Source: Candidatus Geocrenenecus huangii (GTDB lineage Archaea; Thermoproteota; Nitrososphaeria_A; Caldarchaeales; Wolframiiraptoraceae). From it: a stretch of 64,000 nucleotides of DNA. The stretch lies in the NCBI GenBank assembly GCA_023254095.1, contig JALNLM010000002.1, positions 96,001 to 160,000 of the forward strand, written 5' to 3'. The notes under the pieces are model-generated. The model saw nothing but the letters and a program-made list of their open reading frames with translations. It ran no database searches and had not been told where the DNA came from. Position 1 is the first letter of the stretch. Each line of letters opens with the position of its first letter. The translations under genes were made by a program, and so were the position numbers. Below, in pieces: positions 1-9,747 of the stretch.

Positions 1-2
1 TA

Positions 3-128
3 TCTTACAACTTAAGGATCCGACAATTAGGCTTAATGAAATTAATGTTTGACATTATTAAAGACCTTGAAGAAGTCTGTAAATCATATCCGGCTGAGGC
101 AGGCTCAACCTTTCGTAAAGAGATATGA
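3..128 (+). CDS. possible 3' end of an upstream gene (partial)
   Basis: Frame 3 is open from the window edge to TGA at 126-128 (SYNLRIRQLGLMKLMFDIIKDLEEVCKSYPAEAGSTFRKEI) and converges on the EF-1beta stop. No family recognised. Confidence 0.3.
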   Translation, partial: SYNLRIRQLGLMKLMFDIIKDLEEVCKSYPAEAGSTFRKEI

Positions 129-132
129 TGTT

Positions 133-405
133 TTAAGAACTAACCCTACTGATCGAGGATACCTCGAATTCTCCGACTTCAGGGAATCCTCTCAAGTATT
201 CTTCTAATTTATTCGGGTAACCTTCTTCATCAGGCATCCTGAATAATGCATTTATCACTTTAAGTCCGAATACGAATGGTTCAGTCCTCACTGAGAGAAG
301 CTCGATATTCTCAGGAAGACCTATCTTTATCTTGCTGAGTAAGTTGTCCACGTCTACTGATTCATCGACCGGCATTATCTTTATCAACACTATTACCTTC
401 GCCAT
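133..405 (-). CDS. ef1b: translation elongation factor aEF-1beta
   Basis: MAKVIVLIKIMP...EPFVFGLKVI...GEFEVSSISRV is the archaeal EF-1beta pattern. Start moved to the ATG at 405. Confidence 0.92.
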   Translation of the reverse strand: MAKVIVLIKIMPVDESVDVDNLLSKIKIGLPENIELLSVRTEPFVFGLKVINALFRMPDEEGYPNKLEEYLRGFPEVGEFEVSSISRVSS

Positions 406-412
406 CTCTATC

Positions 413-586
413 TCACGGCCCCTCAAATCCGCAGGATGGACACACGTATGATTTAGCAAGCTCTCTACACGATTCACATCTCCATATCTTTACTCTTCCA
501 CAGTTAGGGCATGGGAAATTTACGGCAGACTCTCCAGGTGCTATAGGCTTATTACACGATGTACAGACAACTACCCGTCTACTCAT
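413..586 (-). CDS. small Zn-ribbon protein (DUF1610 / HVO_2753-like)
   Basis: CTSC, CPNCG, CESCR and CPSCGFEGP motifs; usual position upstream of EF-1beta. Start at ATG 586. Confidence 0.9.
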   Translation of the reverse strand: MSRRVVVCTSCNKPIAPGESAVNFPCPNCGRVKIWRCESCRELAKSYVCPSCGFEGP

Positions 587-748
587 ACTGTCTCTCAATC
601 TTAAGCCTACAATATAAAGGCATTCCAGTTCATATCGAGATGTCCAGGATAGCAATTCGAGACTTATCGCTAGGCGTAGGTGAACTCCGACGTACCTTTA
701 GATAAGTATTTTAAGGAAATGTTTTAAGGGTATTAATCGGGTGGAGGC

Positions 749-919
749 TTGGGATTGAGAGAATTCTTCAAGAATTCGATAGTTCTATTTAAGTTGGCTA
801 GGAAACCTTCTAAGAATGAATTTCTACTCGCATTGAGAATTACATTGATAGGTTTAGCTGTTATCGGCGTGATAGCATTTATTATAAGGTTTGTAGCATT
901 AGCTATCCAGGGAGTATAG
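749..919 (+). CDS. secE: protein translocase subunit SecE / Sec61-gamma (not in ORF track)
   Basis: TTG start after GGAGG; translates to MGLREFFKNSIVLFKLARKPSKNEFLLALRITLIGLAVIGVIAFIIRFVALAIQGV. Has the ARKP..EF motif plus one TM helix and lies directly upstream of spt5. Confidence 0.92.
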   Translation: MGLREFFKNSIVLFKLARKPSKNEFLLALRITLIGLAVIGVIAFIIRFVALAIQGV

Positions 920-930
920 GTAGACCGGAA

Positions 931-1440
931 TTGTCTGAAAAGTCTCCAAGATACTTTGCAATCAAGGTAACGGTTGGACAGGAGAGGAATGTAGCGAAGA
1001 TAATTGAAAGCAAGATCGTTAGAGAAATCATAGAGGATGGGAAAACATTGAGAAGAGAAATAATCGAAGAAGGCATCTACTCTATTATAACTCTACCAAA
1101 TATTAAGGGATACATCTTCATCGAAGCTGAAAGTAAAGAAAAAGTCTCATTGATAACTCAAGGTATTAGACATGTAAAATCTAGACCTATACTGGTGGTC
1201 AAGAAGGATGAGATCATCCAGCACCTAGTAGAGAAACCTATAATCGAGATGATCTCTATCGGAGACATAGTTGAGATAGTTGCTGGACCCTTAAGAGGAA
1301 TATACGGCAAAGTAGTAAGAATAGATAAACCTAAAAATGAGCTTACGATAGAACCTACCGATGCTACATTCCCACTCCCAATCTCTATCTCAGCAGATCA
1401 GGTTAGGGTAGCCCAGCAACCAGCTAGGGAGAGTGGTTAA
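931..1440 (+). CDS. spt5: transcription elongation factor Spt5 (NusG family)
   Basis: NGN domain (VTVGQERNV, KGYIFIEA) and KOW domain (GDIVEIVAGPLRG). Confidence 0.95.
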   Translation: MSEKSPRYFAIKVTVGQERNVAKIIESKIVREIIEDGKTLRREIIEEGIYSIITLPNIKGYIFIEAESKEKVSLITQGIRHVKSRPILVVKKDEIIQHLVEKPIIEMISIGDIVEIVAGPLRGIYGKVVRIDKPKNELTIEPTDATFPLPISISADQVRVAQQPARESG

Positions 1441-1442
1441 GA

Positions 1443-1931
1443 ATGCCTGAGAAAACAATCCGATTCCTAGTACCAGGCGGTGAAGCTAATGCTGGTCCAC
1501 CAATAGGGCCAGCTCTAGGACCCCTAGGCGTAAACGTCTTACAGATTGTTGAAGAGATAAATAGAGTTACTTCAGAATTTAAAGGAATGAGGGTTCCAGT
1601 AGAAGTAACCGTAAATACCGATACTAAAGAATTCAAAGTCGTCGTTGGTACACCTACAACTACTGCCTTGATCGTGAAAGAAGCCGGCGTAGAGAAGGGT
1701 GCTAAAATGGCCGGTAGAGAAAATGTTGGTCAGGTCAGTTTAGACCAAGTTATAAAGATAGCTAAGATGAAGATGAATGATATGCGTGCTAAGACCTTGA
1801 AAGCAGCTGTAAAACAGGTTCTTGGAACATGTCTAAGCATGGGCATCATAGTAGACGGCAAAAACCCGAAAGAAGTAATAAGAGAGATAGATTCCGGAGC
1901 TCACGATAACAAACTAAAACAAGAAACTTGA
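1443..1931 (+). CDS. rpl11: 50S ribosomal protein uL11
   Basis: GGEANAGPPIGPALGPLGVN and GTCLSMGI motifs. Confidence 0.97.
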   Translation: MPEKTIRFLVPGGEANAGPPIGPALGPLGVNVLQIVEEINRVTSEFKGMRVPVEVTVNTDTKEFKVVVGTPTTTALIVKEAGVEKGAKMAGRENVGQVSLDQVIKIAKMKMNDMRAKTLKAAVKQVLGTCLSMGIIVDGKNPKEVIREIDSGAHDNKLKQET

Positions 1932-2140
1932 AACTCAAATAATGGAAAACCTTATCCAATCACAGATAACTAGACCGAGATAAATCCAGCTACCAAGGGA
2001 TAGATAAAGAGAGTCTAAGTCAATTTGATCTATTTATCTTCTATGTATTTGGAGCTCACTCGGAAAAAGTATCTCGGAATGTTTATATAAATGAGAAATT
2101 CTTAAATTAACCTGAATCCGTCAACTATCAGAGAAGAGCT

Positions 2141-2797
2141 ATGTTGAGAACGCTAGAAGCAAGCCTGGCTACAGCTATTGAACAAGCTAAGAATGATGGA
2201 GTATCTAGGAAATTTGAGCAGAGCATAGAATTGATAATAAACGTTAAGGGGATAGATTTGAAGAAGCCTGAGAATAGGTTCGTGGAAGATATAGAGCTTC
2301 CGAACGGTCTAGGAGATGGGAGGAAGATATGCGTTATAGCTGGAAGCGCTTTAGCTTCCGAAGCAAAGAAGCTCAAGGAAGTAAGTAGAGTAGTAGAGAG
2401 AAATGAGCTGGAATCTCTTGTTGGGAATAAGAGATTAGCGAAGAAGATTGCTTCAGAATATGATTACTTCCTAGTGGATCCTCCTCTAATGGGTTTAGCA
2501 GCGAAGGCTCTTGGAGCAGTTCTTGGAGGCAGGGGCAAAAGACCCGTCCCGATACCTCCCGGGTCAAACATAGCAGACCTAGTTAAGAAGTACTATAGAA
2601 CGGTAACGGTGAGTGTGAGGAAGAACCCTCAAGCCATGTGTAAAATAGGCTTAGAAAGTATGGATACGAAGGCTCTTGTAGAGAATGCCTTAACAATAGT
2701 TTCTAAGGTCTCGGATAAATTGGAGAAGCATTTCAAGAACGTAAACTCGATATATGTCAAGAAGACTATGGGTAAGCCTATCAAGGTAGAATTGTAA
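2141..2797 (+). CDS. rpl1: 50S ribosomal protein uL1
   Basis: RKFEQSIELIINVKGIDL and C-terminal YVKKTMGKP motifs. Confidence 0.96.
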   Translation: MLRTLEASLATAIEQAKNDGVSRKFEQSIELIINVKGIDLKKPENRFVEDIELPNGLGDGRKICVIAGSALASEAKKLKEVSRVVERNELESLVGNKRLAKKIASEYDYFLVDPPLMGLAAKALGAVLGGRGKRPVPIPPGSNIADLVKKYYRTVTVSVRKNPQAMCKIGLESMDTKALVENALTIVSKVSDKLEKHFKNVNSIYVKKTMGKPIKVEL

Positions 2798-2809
2798 AAG
2801 TCGTGTAGA

Positions 2810-3466
2810 TTGATTGGAGGAAAGTTTATCAACAGAGTAAGAATAGTTGTAAGCTGGAGCTTGAAGCATAAACTTGGTTTAAAGATCGCAAAGATCCTGA
2901 TAAGAAACAGCGATTGTAAAGTTGTAGAATTCTTGAAGAATAAGGCTATAGAAGCACAATTCAGAAAAGTCAGAATAAGCGAGAAGTCTTCTACCCATCT
3001 CCTAAAACTCTATGGAGAGATAAGGATTAGTAAACGCTTAGATATTCCAGGCTCCTACATGGTCTTGCCGAACAATTACCTATGGATAAGTACTGAAAGC
3101 TGTACATCCTGCAGAATCTTCTCTCGTCTACCAGTAATCGTCGAATCCATATAATATGTAAGATCTCTAGGCGTTATTACAACAATGATAATTCCAGGAA
3201 GGCTATTCTGTAAGCGGGTTTTAGAGGATTTGAAGGAGGCTGATCTAAGTGTAGAAACAATCTCAATCAGAGATTATGAAGATCATGAGTTGACGAAGAG
3301 GCAGAGGGAAGTTCTCTCAGCAGCTTTGAGGATAGGCTGCCTGGGGAGTAAAAGGAGTGCGAGATTAAAAGACCTAGCATTCTTGGTTGGAGTAGATTCT
3401 TCTACAGCCTCTAGGATTATTAGAAATGCTATAAAAAAGGTTGTGGAAAAGACTCTCGACGAGTAA
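2810..3466 (+). pseudogene. Bat/HTH_10-type (DmsR/NarO-like) transcriptional regulator interrupted by an in-frame TAA at 3152-3154
   Basis: ORFs 2810..3154 and 3185..3466 are in the same frame, separated by one TAA. The C-terminal LTKRQREVL...ARLKDLAFLVGVDSSTASRIIRNAIKK is a Bat-type HTH; the N-terminal part has CTSC and further Cys residues. Confidence 0.75.
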
Positions 3467-3481
3467 TTAATATAGAATAGG

Positions 3482-3495
3482 TGCAACATTTTGCA
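3482..3495. promoter_or_regulatory. candidate operator palindrome TGCAA-N4-TTGCA
   Basis: Perfect 5-bp inverted repeat in the short gap between the regulator and oxidase subunit II. Confidence 0.4.
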
Positions 3496-3531
3496 TCCCA
3501 CGATTATCTTTAATCAATTCAATATTAATTA

Positions 3532-4113
3532 TTGGATATGGCTCCACAAGTCTTCATAGAGATAGTTTATTTTGTTATGATATCCATTGTGATAGGCTTC
3601 ATAATAGCATTCTACATCATTACACGAAAAAGAGGGGGCGGAAGACCCAACCCGGCCAATGAAGGGCATGCAGAAAAGAAAGGCATGGAGAAAGGAGAAA
3701 AGCGATGGCTTATCTTCTTATTCATAATAGTTGTTGTCGGGAACATACTCATGTTATCTCCGATACTTCCATCTTCACAATATGCATTATGGCTTAAAGA
3801 AGAACCAAAAATAACTATTACGATAGAAGTAAGAAACTATGAATTCGTTTTCCCCGAGAAACCGATAACTATTCCAGCCGGAGTCCCGGTAGAGTTCATA
3901 GTAATATCTCAAGACCTGGTTTATGGTTTCGGAGTATTCAAGAAGGATGGACTCATGGTTTTCCAGATGCAGGTTGTACCTAATCCATATGTGAATCGGA
4001 TAGTATGGATATTCGATGAGCCCGGATACTATGACGTGAGGTCTACAGAATACAGTGGCCCGAAGCATCCCTACCTGTATTTCCCGGACGCGATTAGAGT
4101 AGTCGGGGGATGA
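3532..4113 (+). CDS. heme-copper oxidoreductase subunit II, cupredoxin fold lacking CuA ligands
   Basis: Two N-terminal TM helices plus a cupredoxin domain. SQDLVYGF replaces DVxH, and RSTEYSGPKHPYL replaces CxExCGxxHxxM. The ATG at 3538 may be the true start. Confidence 0.88.
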   Translation: MDMAPQVFIEIVYFVMISIVIGFIIAFYIITRKRGGGRPNPANEGHAEKKGMEKGEKRWLIFLFIIVVVGNILMLSPILPSSQYALWLKEEPKITITIEVRNYEFVFPEKPITIPAGVPVEFIVISQDLVYGFGVFKKDGLMVFQMQVVPNPYVNRIVWIFDEPGYYDVRSTEYSGPKHPYLYFPDAIRVVGG

Positions 4114-4119
4114 TGTTAG

Positions 4120-5688
4120 GTGGATGAAGAAGAGAGGAAGAGAATTTCAATCAGATTCGTGGTCGTTTCATTAGTCTTCTTGGCATTGGCTGGGATAGAA
4201 GGAATATTGATGAGGCTTAGGTTGATGAATACTCTTGTAGAGTTCTTTGATGAAAAGCATTTCTACTCCATGATGACCGCTCACCCATTTGTAGGAGTAT
4301 ATGGATGGGCTTACATGGCAGTGATGGGCGCATTCTACTTCCTCGTACCCTACATTCTCAAGAAAGATATCTATAGCAAGAAAGCTGCATACCTGAGCTT
4401 CTGGATGATGCTAACAGGCCTGATAGCAGTTTGGAGTACAACATTTCTTACACATTATGCTCCGCTCTACACATTGTACTGGCCCATACCAGTAGCATAC
4501 ACTATCATTGGATGGGACTTATACTCTATACTAGCGTTTGGAATAGGTGTCGGACTAATCCTAGGAGGAGTACTCGTATTCTTTGGAAACATGTTCGCAA
4601 CAATATTCCTTCCAGCTAGGCAGATGGATGGAGGACCAGCCAGCCCATGGTATATCATTAAAGAACTTCTCACAACAGCCTTCAACCTAGACAAGATTAA
4701 AGCAAAGATAACCGGTATACCTCAATATACTTCTAAAGCATTCAATTACCCTGTTTTCGTCGTCGCCGTATTTAGAGGATGCGTGGATACTACACTAAAT
4801 GCGTTCGTTATCGGTGGAGTAGGCATACTATTAGCGGCATTCGCGATAGGGAACCTTGCCCCCTCGATCTCTCTATCAACAAGCATGGTTGACCCCTTAG
4901 TATACAAGAACGTCTTCTGGTGGGGTTTAGACTTAATAGCGGATGGAAATGTGCTCATCTTTACTGCTGGCACATGGTATCTCCTAGTACCATTATTACT
5001 AAATAGGACATTATACGGTGAAAATGTTGTTAGAACAGTTATATTGGCAGATCTGGTCGTTTCTCTCTTCGTATGGAATCACCATATGCTTGCAGATACG
5101 CCTCAGCCAATCTTCTTACAGATACAGGAGCAGATATTTACTTGGGGAGAGCTTTTAACTATGGGTCTCACAATGTTCGCAGTACTTGCGACAATATGGT
5201 TCGCCAGACCTGTAAAGTACAACATGCCCCTGAAATTTGTTCTTGTATCGATTACTGGCTATGCGGTAGGAGGTCTAGCAGGTATAATACAAGCAAATTA
5301 TGCATCAAATAGGTTCTTCCACAATACTCAATGGGTGATAGGTATCCATGGGCACATACAACTACTCGTAGGATTATCCTCAACATTGTTTGCGGCGATC
5401 TATGCTCTCTTCCCACTGCTAACAGGTAAAAATCTCAGTGATAGACTAGGTAACATTCATCTGATACTGTGGAGTGTAGGTGGATTAGTGATGGGTTTGA
5501 GCATGGGGTTGGCGGGAACTCTAGGCATGTTGAGGAGAACTCTCTACCCGATGGGTTTGGGACTATATGAACCCTACATGGTGGTAGCCTCTCTTGGAGC
5601 ATTCATGATGGCTACAGGGTTCTTAGTATTCCTAGTAAATGTTCTGAAGACAGTAAAATTAAAAGATCTCTTAAAGATAATCTTCTAA
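4120..5688 (+). CDS. heme-copper oxidoreductase subunit I, gNOR-like (putative nitric oxide reductase)
   Basis: Polytopic membrane protein. Heme ligands retained (MMTAHP; HNTQWVIGIHGH), helix VII WNHH and GMLRR present. Helix VI reads FWWGLDLIADG instead of FWFFGHPEVY. Confidence 0.85.
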   Translation: MDEEERKRISIRFVVVSLVFLALAGIEGILMRLRLMNTLVEFFDEKHFYSMMTAHPFVGVYGWAYMAVMGAFYFLVPYILKKDIYSKKAAYLSFWMMLTGLIAVWSTTFLTHYAPLYTLYWPIPVAYTIIGWDLYSILAFGIGVGLILGGVLVFFGNMFATIFLPARQMDGGPASPWYIIKELLTTAFNLDKIKAKITGIPQYTSKAFNYPVFVVAVFRGCVDTTLNAFVIGGVGILLAAFAIGNLAPSISLSTSMVDPLVYKNVFWWGLDLIADGNVLIFTAGTWYLLVPLLLNRTLYGENVVRTVILADLVVSLFVWNHHMLADTPQPIFLQIQEQIFTWGELLTMGLTMFAVLATIWFARPVKYNMPLKFVLVSITGYAVGGLAGIIQANYASNRFFHNTQWVIGIHGHIQLLVGLSSTLFAAIYALFPLLTGKNLSDRLGNIHLILWSVGGLVMGLSMGLAGTLGMLRRTLYPMGLGLYEPYMVVASLGAFMMATGFLVFLVNVLKTVKLKDLLKIIF

Positions 5689-5879
5689 AACTTCATATAT
5701 GGACTCTTTTTCATTAATAACGTTACATGGGATAGCAGATTGTGACCTGTAGATATCTTAAGAGCAGAATCGAGAAAGGAATATAGAAGTCCTTCTCTCC
5801 AGCTGATTTTAGGTTTTTTAAGTAGATGAGGATATAGAGTTTGTGAGTTAGGAGAGTTTAGAGAGGCGTTCAGCTGGAC

Positions 5880-6746
5880 TTGTCCGGGCAGACTCTCGTC
5901 TCAAAAGTACAGAAATGGAAGGCTGAAGAAGTAGAAGAATTAGCGGAACTTATCAATAGGTATCCTGTAGTCGCCGTCTTTAATCTATCTGGTCTTAGAG
6001 CCAACCTGCTACATGAGATCAGGAAGAAGCTTAGAGGCTACTGTACGATAAGGGTTGCCAAGAAAACCTTATTCATTAAAGCTGCTGAGAAAACTGGTAA
6101 AAAAGATTTGGTCAAGCTTGTGGAAGATTTGAAATCGAGTGCTGGTTTTATCTTCTCAGATGTAAGCTTGTTTAAGCTAAAGTTACTCTTTGATAAAAAC
6201 AAGATTTTAATGCATGCTAAAGCAGGAGAGAAGGCAGACATAGATATAGTCGTACCTGAGATGAATACTGGTCTTCCACCTGGTCCAGTTCTAAGCGATT
6301 TCGGAAAATTAAAGATACCAACTAAGATAGAAGGCGGACAAATATGGATCGCTAAGGATACTGTGGTTGCTAAGAAGGGCGATGAGATCTCCCCTCTACT
6401 AGCTTCGCTGCTAGCTAGATTAAACATTAAAGCAGTGATGAAAGGTATAACAATCGATAAGGGTTATGAAGACGGAGTAGTAATCTCAGGGAAAGATCTT
6501 GAGATAGACTTGGAGAAGATGAAGAACGAGGTGATCGAGGCGAACAGCCTTGCTATTAAGCTAGCGATCGATATAGCGTATGTAACTAGAGAGACTATTC
6601 AGACTCTAATAATCAAAGCCCATAGAGAAGCTAGAATATTAGCGGTTGAAGTAGGTCTACCGATCAGAGAAGTAATAGGGGAGATCTTGTTAAGAGCTGA
6701 AGCTGTTGCTAGAAAACTGAAAGAGAAAGTAGATTCAAAGACGTAA
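5880..6746 (+). CDS. rpl10: 50S ribosomal protein uL10 (P0)
   Basis: WKAEEVEEL, RVAKKTLF and NTGLPPGPVLSDF motifs. Confidence 0.96.
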   Translation: MSGQTLVSKVQKWKAEEVEELAELINRYPVVAVFNLSGLRANLLHEIRKKLRGYCTIRVAKKTLFIKAAEKTGKKDLVKLVEDLKSSAGFIFSDVSLFKLKLLFDKNKILMHAKAGEKADIDIVVPEMNTGLPPGPVLSDFGKLKIPTKIEGGQIWIAKDTVVAKKGDEISPLLASLLARLNIKAVMKGITIDKGYEDGVVISGKDLEIDLEKMKNEVIEANSLAIKLAIDIAYVTRETIQTLIIKAHREARILAVEVGLPIREVIGEILLRAEAVARKLKEKVDSKT

Positions 6747-6755
6747 CCTAGGATT

Positions 6756-9548
6756 TCACGTAGGTTGTTCTCCGAGCATATGGGATAATATTTCACCGAC
6801 GACGAGCCTCAAGGCTTCTTCATCTACATCTCTATCTAATGTTCCCTGACCTATCCTGGGTTGCCCACCTGCCCTCCCACTCAACTTTAACGTAAGCTCT
6901 TCAGCCATCTTTCCAGCATGAACACCTTGGGATTGAGCTTCTTCATTAGATACTACGAGTAAATTTGGCCTCTCGAACCCGTAAACAAGTACAATACATT
7001 TCGGTCCGGCCTTCTCCATCAACTTGTCGGAAATCATGAAAGCATATTCTTTATCTCCGCCAACCTCTCTGGCCACGTATGCCTCCACGCCCCTAATCCT
7101 CAACGGTCTACTAGATAGTTCTCGGGCTCTATAATCCGCGATAATCTTTGATAACGAGTGAATCTTCTTCCTGAATTCTTTAACTTCCTCTAGCTGTTCT
7201 CTTACTTTCTCTAAGAGGTCTTGCGGAGAAGATTTAAGCGTCAAAGATGCTTCGTAAATTATTCTATCATTTTCCTGGAGATATGGTAGCGCGGATACGC
7301 CTGCTGAGAAGATGAACCTCTCAACACCCTCTTGTATCCTCTCTGTTCTCAGTATTTTGATTATTCCTACGTCCTCAGTATTTTCACAGTGTATCCCTCC
7401 ACATGCCTCTGCATCCCAGCCAGGTATCTCTACCACTCTTATTATAGCCGATGGAACTTCTCCTCCCTGATACAATGTAAATCCGTAAATCCTCTCAGCT
7501 TCATTCCTATCCATCCACTTGACGATGACTGGAAGCCGGCTTGCAACAACATCGTTAGCTAGATTCTCAATCTTATTCAAATCCTCTCTGGACAATCTCT
7601 TATGATGGTATACGTCGAGCCTAGCTTTATCAGGCTCCTTCTCCGCTCCCGCCTGCCATGCATGTTTTCCCAAGACTCTCCTAGCGGCCCCCAATACTAT
7701 GTGGGTAGCAGTATGATGCCTCATCAACCTAAGCCTTCTATCTCTGTCTAATTCTCCTATAACGTCTATCCCGACCGGTGGAGTACCGCCCTGTACTTTA
7801 TGTAAGATTACTCCACCGCCGAGGAGAACAGCTTCTTCAACTCTTGCTTCACTCTCCCCCCATCTTAGGAATCCCTTATCTGATGCTTGTCCCCCACTCG
7901 TTGGATAGAATAACGTCTGGTCTAAAATAACGTAATCGTCTACAACTCCTAAGACTCTTGCCTTAAAACTGAATTCCGTAGGTTTCTCATAGTATAGCTT
8001 CCTCGTAGCTGGATGATTCTTTACTTTTTCTTCAAGGATCTTTATCCAATCCTGCGTTGATGTTTCGACTGCTCTAAGATGCCTGGAAGCTACGAGTTCA
8101 TAAAAGTTCTCAGGGATACTAAGCTTCACATTAATTTTTTCAGCTATCTGTTTGACGAAGTCTGGCGTTAAACCCTTCTCATCATACATCCTTACCAAGA
8201 AGTCGGGAGGCACAGTGTCTGTCTTATTCTTTAATTGATTGAGCTCTTTCTCTACATAGGATGCTCCACGCTGAATTGTTTCTCTGAATTTTCTGATTTC
8301 TGACTCGACTATTTCGACTATCTCATCTCTCGCCTCAACTAGATGCGGGAAATCTCCACCCCAGTGATCTATTTGTAGGTCTACTAGTTCGATGAGTTTA
8401 TCTCCAGAATTAAGTAACTCTAACAATCTACAGGCTTTCCTAATGAGTAGTCTAGCTAGGTAGCCGACTTTAACATTTGATGGTACCACCCCCTCACCGA
8501 TTATGAAGGTTATAGATTTAGAGTAATCTAGGAGTGCGTAGACTCTTTCAAGGGGAACTATCTCTTTCTCAATTACTTCTAAAGGTATCCCTGACCTTTC
8601 TGATACTATTCTTCTAGCATCATGAATAGTCTGGCTGGCTTTCGGAACTACTAGAGCCGTGTACGGTGAGTATGCTTCTAGAAGCTTCCGGTCTGGTTTA
8701 GGTACTTCAAGTATCTTCTCCAACTTTGGATAAAGCCTACCATAGATTGCGTCGAAGCAACTCGGAGTTCCTTGGCTGAACCATGCAAATCTTTCTATTC
8801 CATAACCTGTATCCACAGTCCTGATCGGTAGCTCTACCAGCCAGCTATCTAGAGTCTTGTATTGCATGAATACTAGAGTGGCTAGTTCTAAGCCATAGGA
8901 GATAGTCTCGAAGCATGGGCCAGCGTTTCCTCCACCACTCCATATAGATTCCTTGTAGATTATTTCTTCTTCAGGTATTCCGAATTCTTCTCTAACGTAT
9001 TCATGGTAGTATCTTACAGTATCTTCTTTCCAGTAAACTTCCCTGTCAGGATAGTTGAAGGCATGTGCACCCCCCATCTCGAATATTGTTAAGTGTCTCC
9101 CAAATGTTAGCCCAACCTTATCTACGTCGACCAGTCTTATACATGGTTGGCTGATAACTAGAGGGTTTGCTGGGGGTGGAGCTATACCTGAAGTAACGAA
9201 TGGCTGGAAATCTACAATGCTTGCATCGGTCAAGAACATGTCTGTCCTCCATCTAGCTACGACAGGATAAGGCTTGATAACCTGATGACCTCTCCTCTCG
9301 AAAAATCTTAGGAACAATTCTCTTGATCCTTTAACATCTACCTGTTTTCTTGCCAGATTCTTGCCTACGAATTTATATTCTTCGCACGGCGACTCGCCGC
9401 ATATATCCCTATCAGGATTCACTGTCCAGAAGTATTCCCCACATATTCTACATTTTTTCCTAACATATCCTCTTTCTCTGAAAAATTCTAGGGAATACGT
9501 TTCTGGGCCGCGGAGTTTATCAAACGTGACCATTGATCCTTGCGACAA
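6756..9548 (-). CDS. alaS: alanine--tRNA ligase
   Basis: Archaeal N-terminal CxxC, YPVVARWR, VDTGYGIER, editing-domain HTATH and CGGIH motifs. Confidence 0.97.
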   Translation of the reverse strand: MSQGSMVTFDKLRGPETYSLEFFRERGYVRKKCRICGEYFWTVNPDRDICGESPCEEYKFVGKNLARKQVDVKGSRELFLRFFERRGHQVIKPYPVVARWRTDMFLTDASIVDFQPFVTSGIAPPPANPLVISQPCIRLVDVDKVGLTFGRHLTIFEMGGAHAFNYPDREVYWKEDTVRYYHEYVREEFGIPEEEIIYKESIWSGGGNAGPCFETISYGLELATLVFMQYKTLDSWLVELPIRTVDTGYGIERFAWFSQGTPSCFDAIYGRLYPKLEKILEVPKPDRKLLEAYSPYTALVVPKASQTIHDARRIVSERSGIPLEVIEKEIVPLERVYALLDYSKSITFIIGEGVVPSNVKVGYLARLLIRKACRLLELLNSGDKLIELVDLQIDHWGGDFPHLVEARDEIVEIVESEIRKFRETIQRGASYVEKELNQLKNKTDTVPPDFLVRMYDEKGLTPDFVKQIAEKINVKLSIPENFYELVASRHLRAVETSTQDWIKILEEKVKNHPATRKLYYEKPTEFSFKARVLGVVDDYVILDQTLFYPTSGGQASDKGFLRWGESEARVEEAVLLGGGVILHKVQGGTPPVGIDVIGELDRDRRLRLMRHHTATHIVLGAARRVLGKHAWQAGAEKEPDKARLDVYHHKRLSREDLNKIENLANDVVASRLPVIVKWMDRNEAERIYGFTLYQGGEVPSAIIRVVEIPGWDAEACGGIHCENTEDVGIIKILRTERIQEGVERFIFSAGVSALPYLQENDRIIYEASLTLKSSPQDLLEKVREQLEEVKEFRKKIHSLSKIIADYRARELSSRPLRIRGVEAYVAREVGGDKEYAFMISDKLMEKAGPKCIVLVYGFERPNLLVVSNEEAQSQGVHAGKMAEELTLKLSGRAGGQPRIGQGTLDRDVDEEALRLVVGEILSHMLGEQPT

Positions 9549-9747
9549 TTTATCTCTCCAGCAAGCAATCTAAGAAAAGACACTTTAAATACTTTAAATC
9601 AAGCATACTCTCTTTCGCCATTAATATTTTTATTCATATTTTGTTCCACGTCTCATGACCTCTACGGTTTTTCTTTTTATCCGGCTCGGTAAGACTAACT
9701 AATTTAGTTTAGTCGACCGTAATGCCTCCTAATCGGATCGAGTATGT

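Noticed and set aside
3532-5688. Annotation as ordinary cytochrome c oxidase (coxB/coxA)
   Set aside because: The CuA ligands, the helix VI His and the cross-link Tyr are absent.
5743-5755. TGACCTGTAGATA repeated near 19543, both just after operon ends
   Set aside because: Only two copies of a 13-mer with no palindromic or terminator character; compatible with chance.
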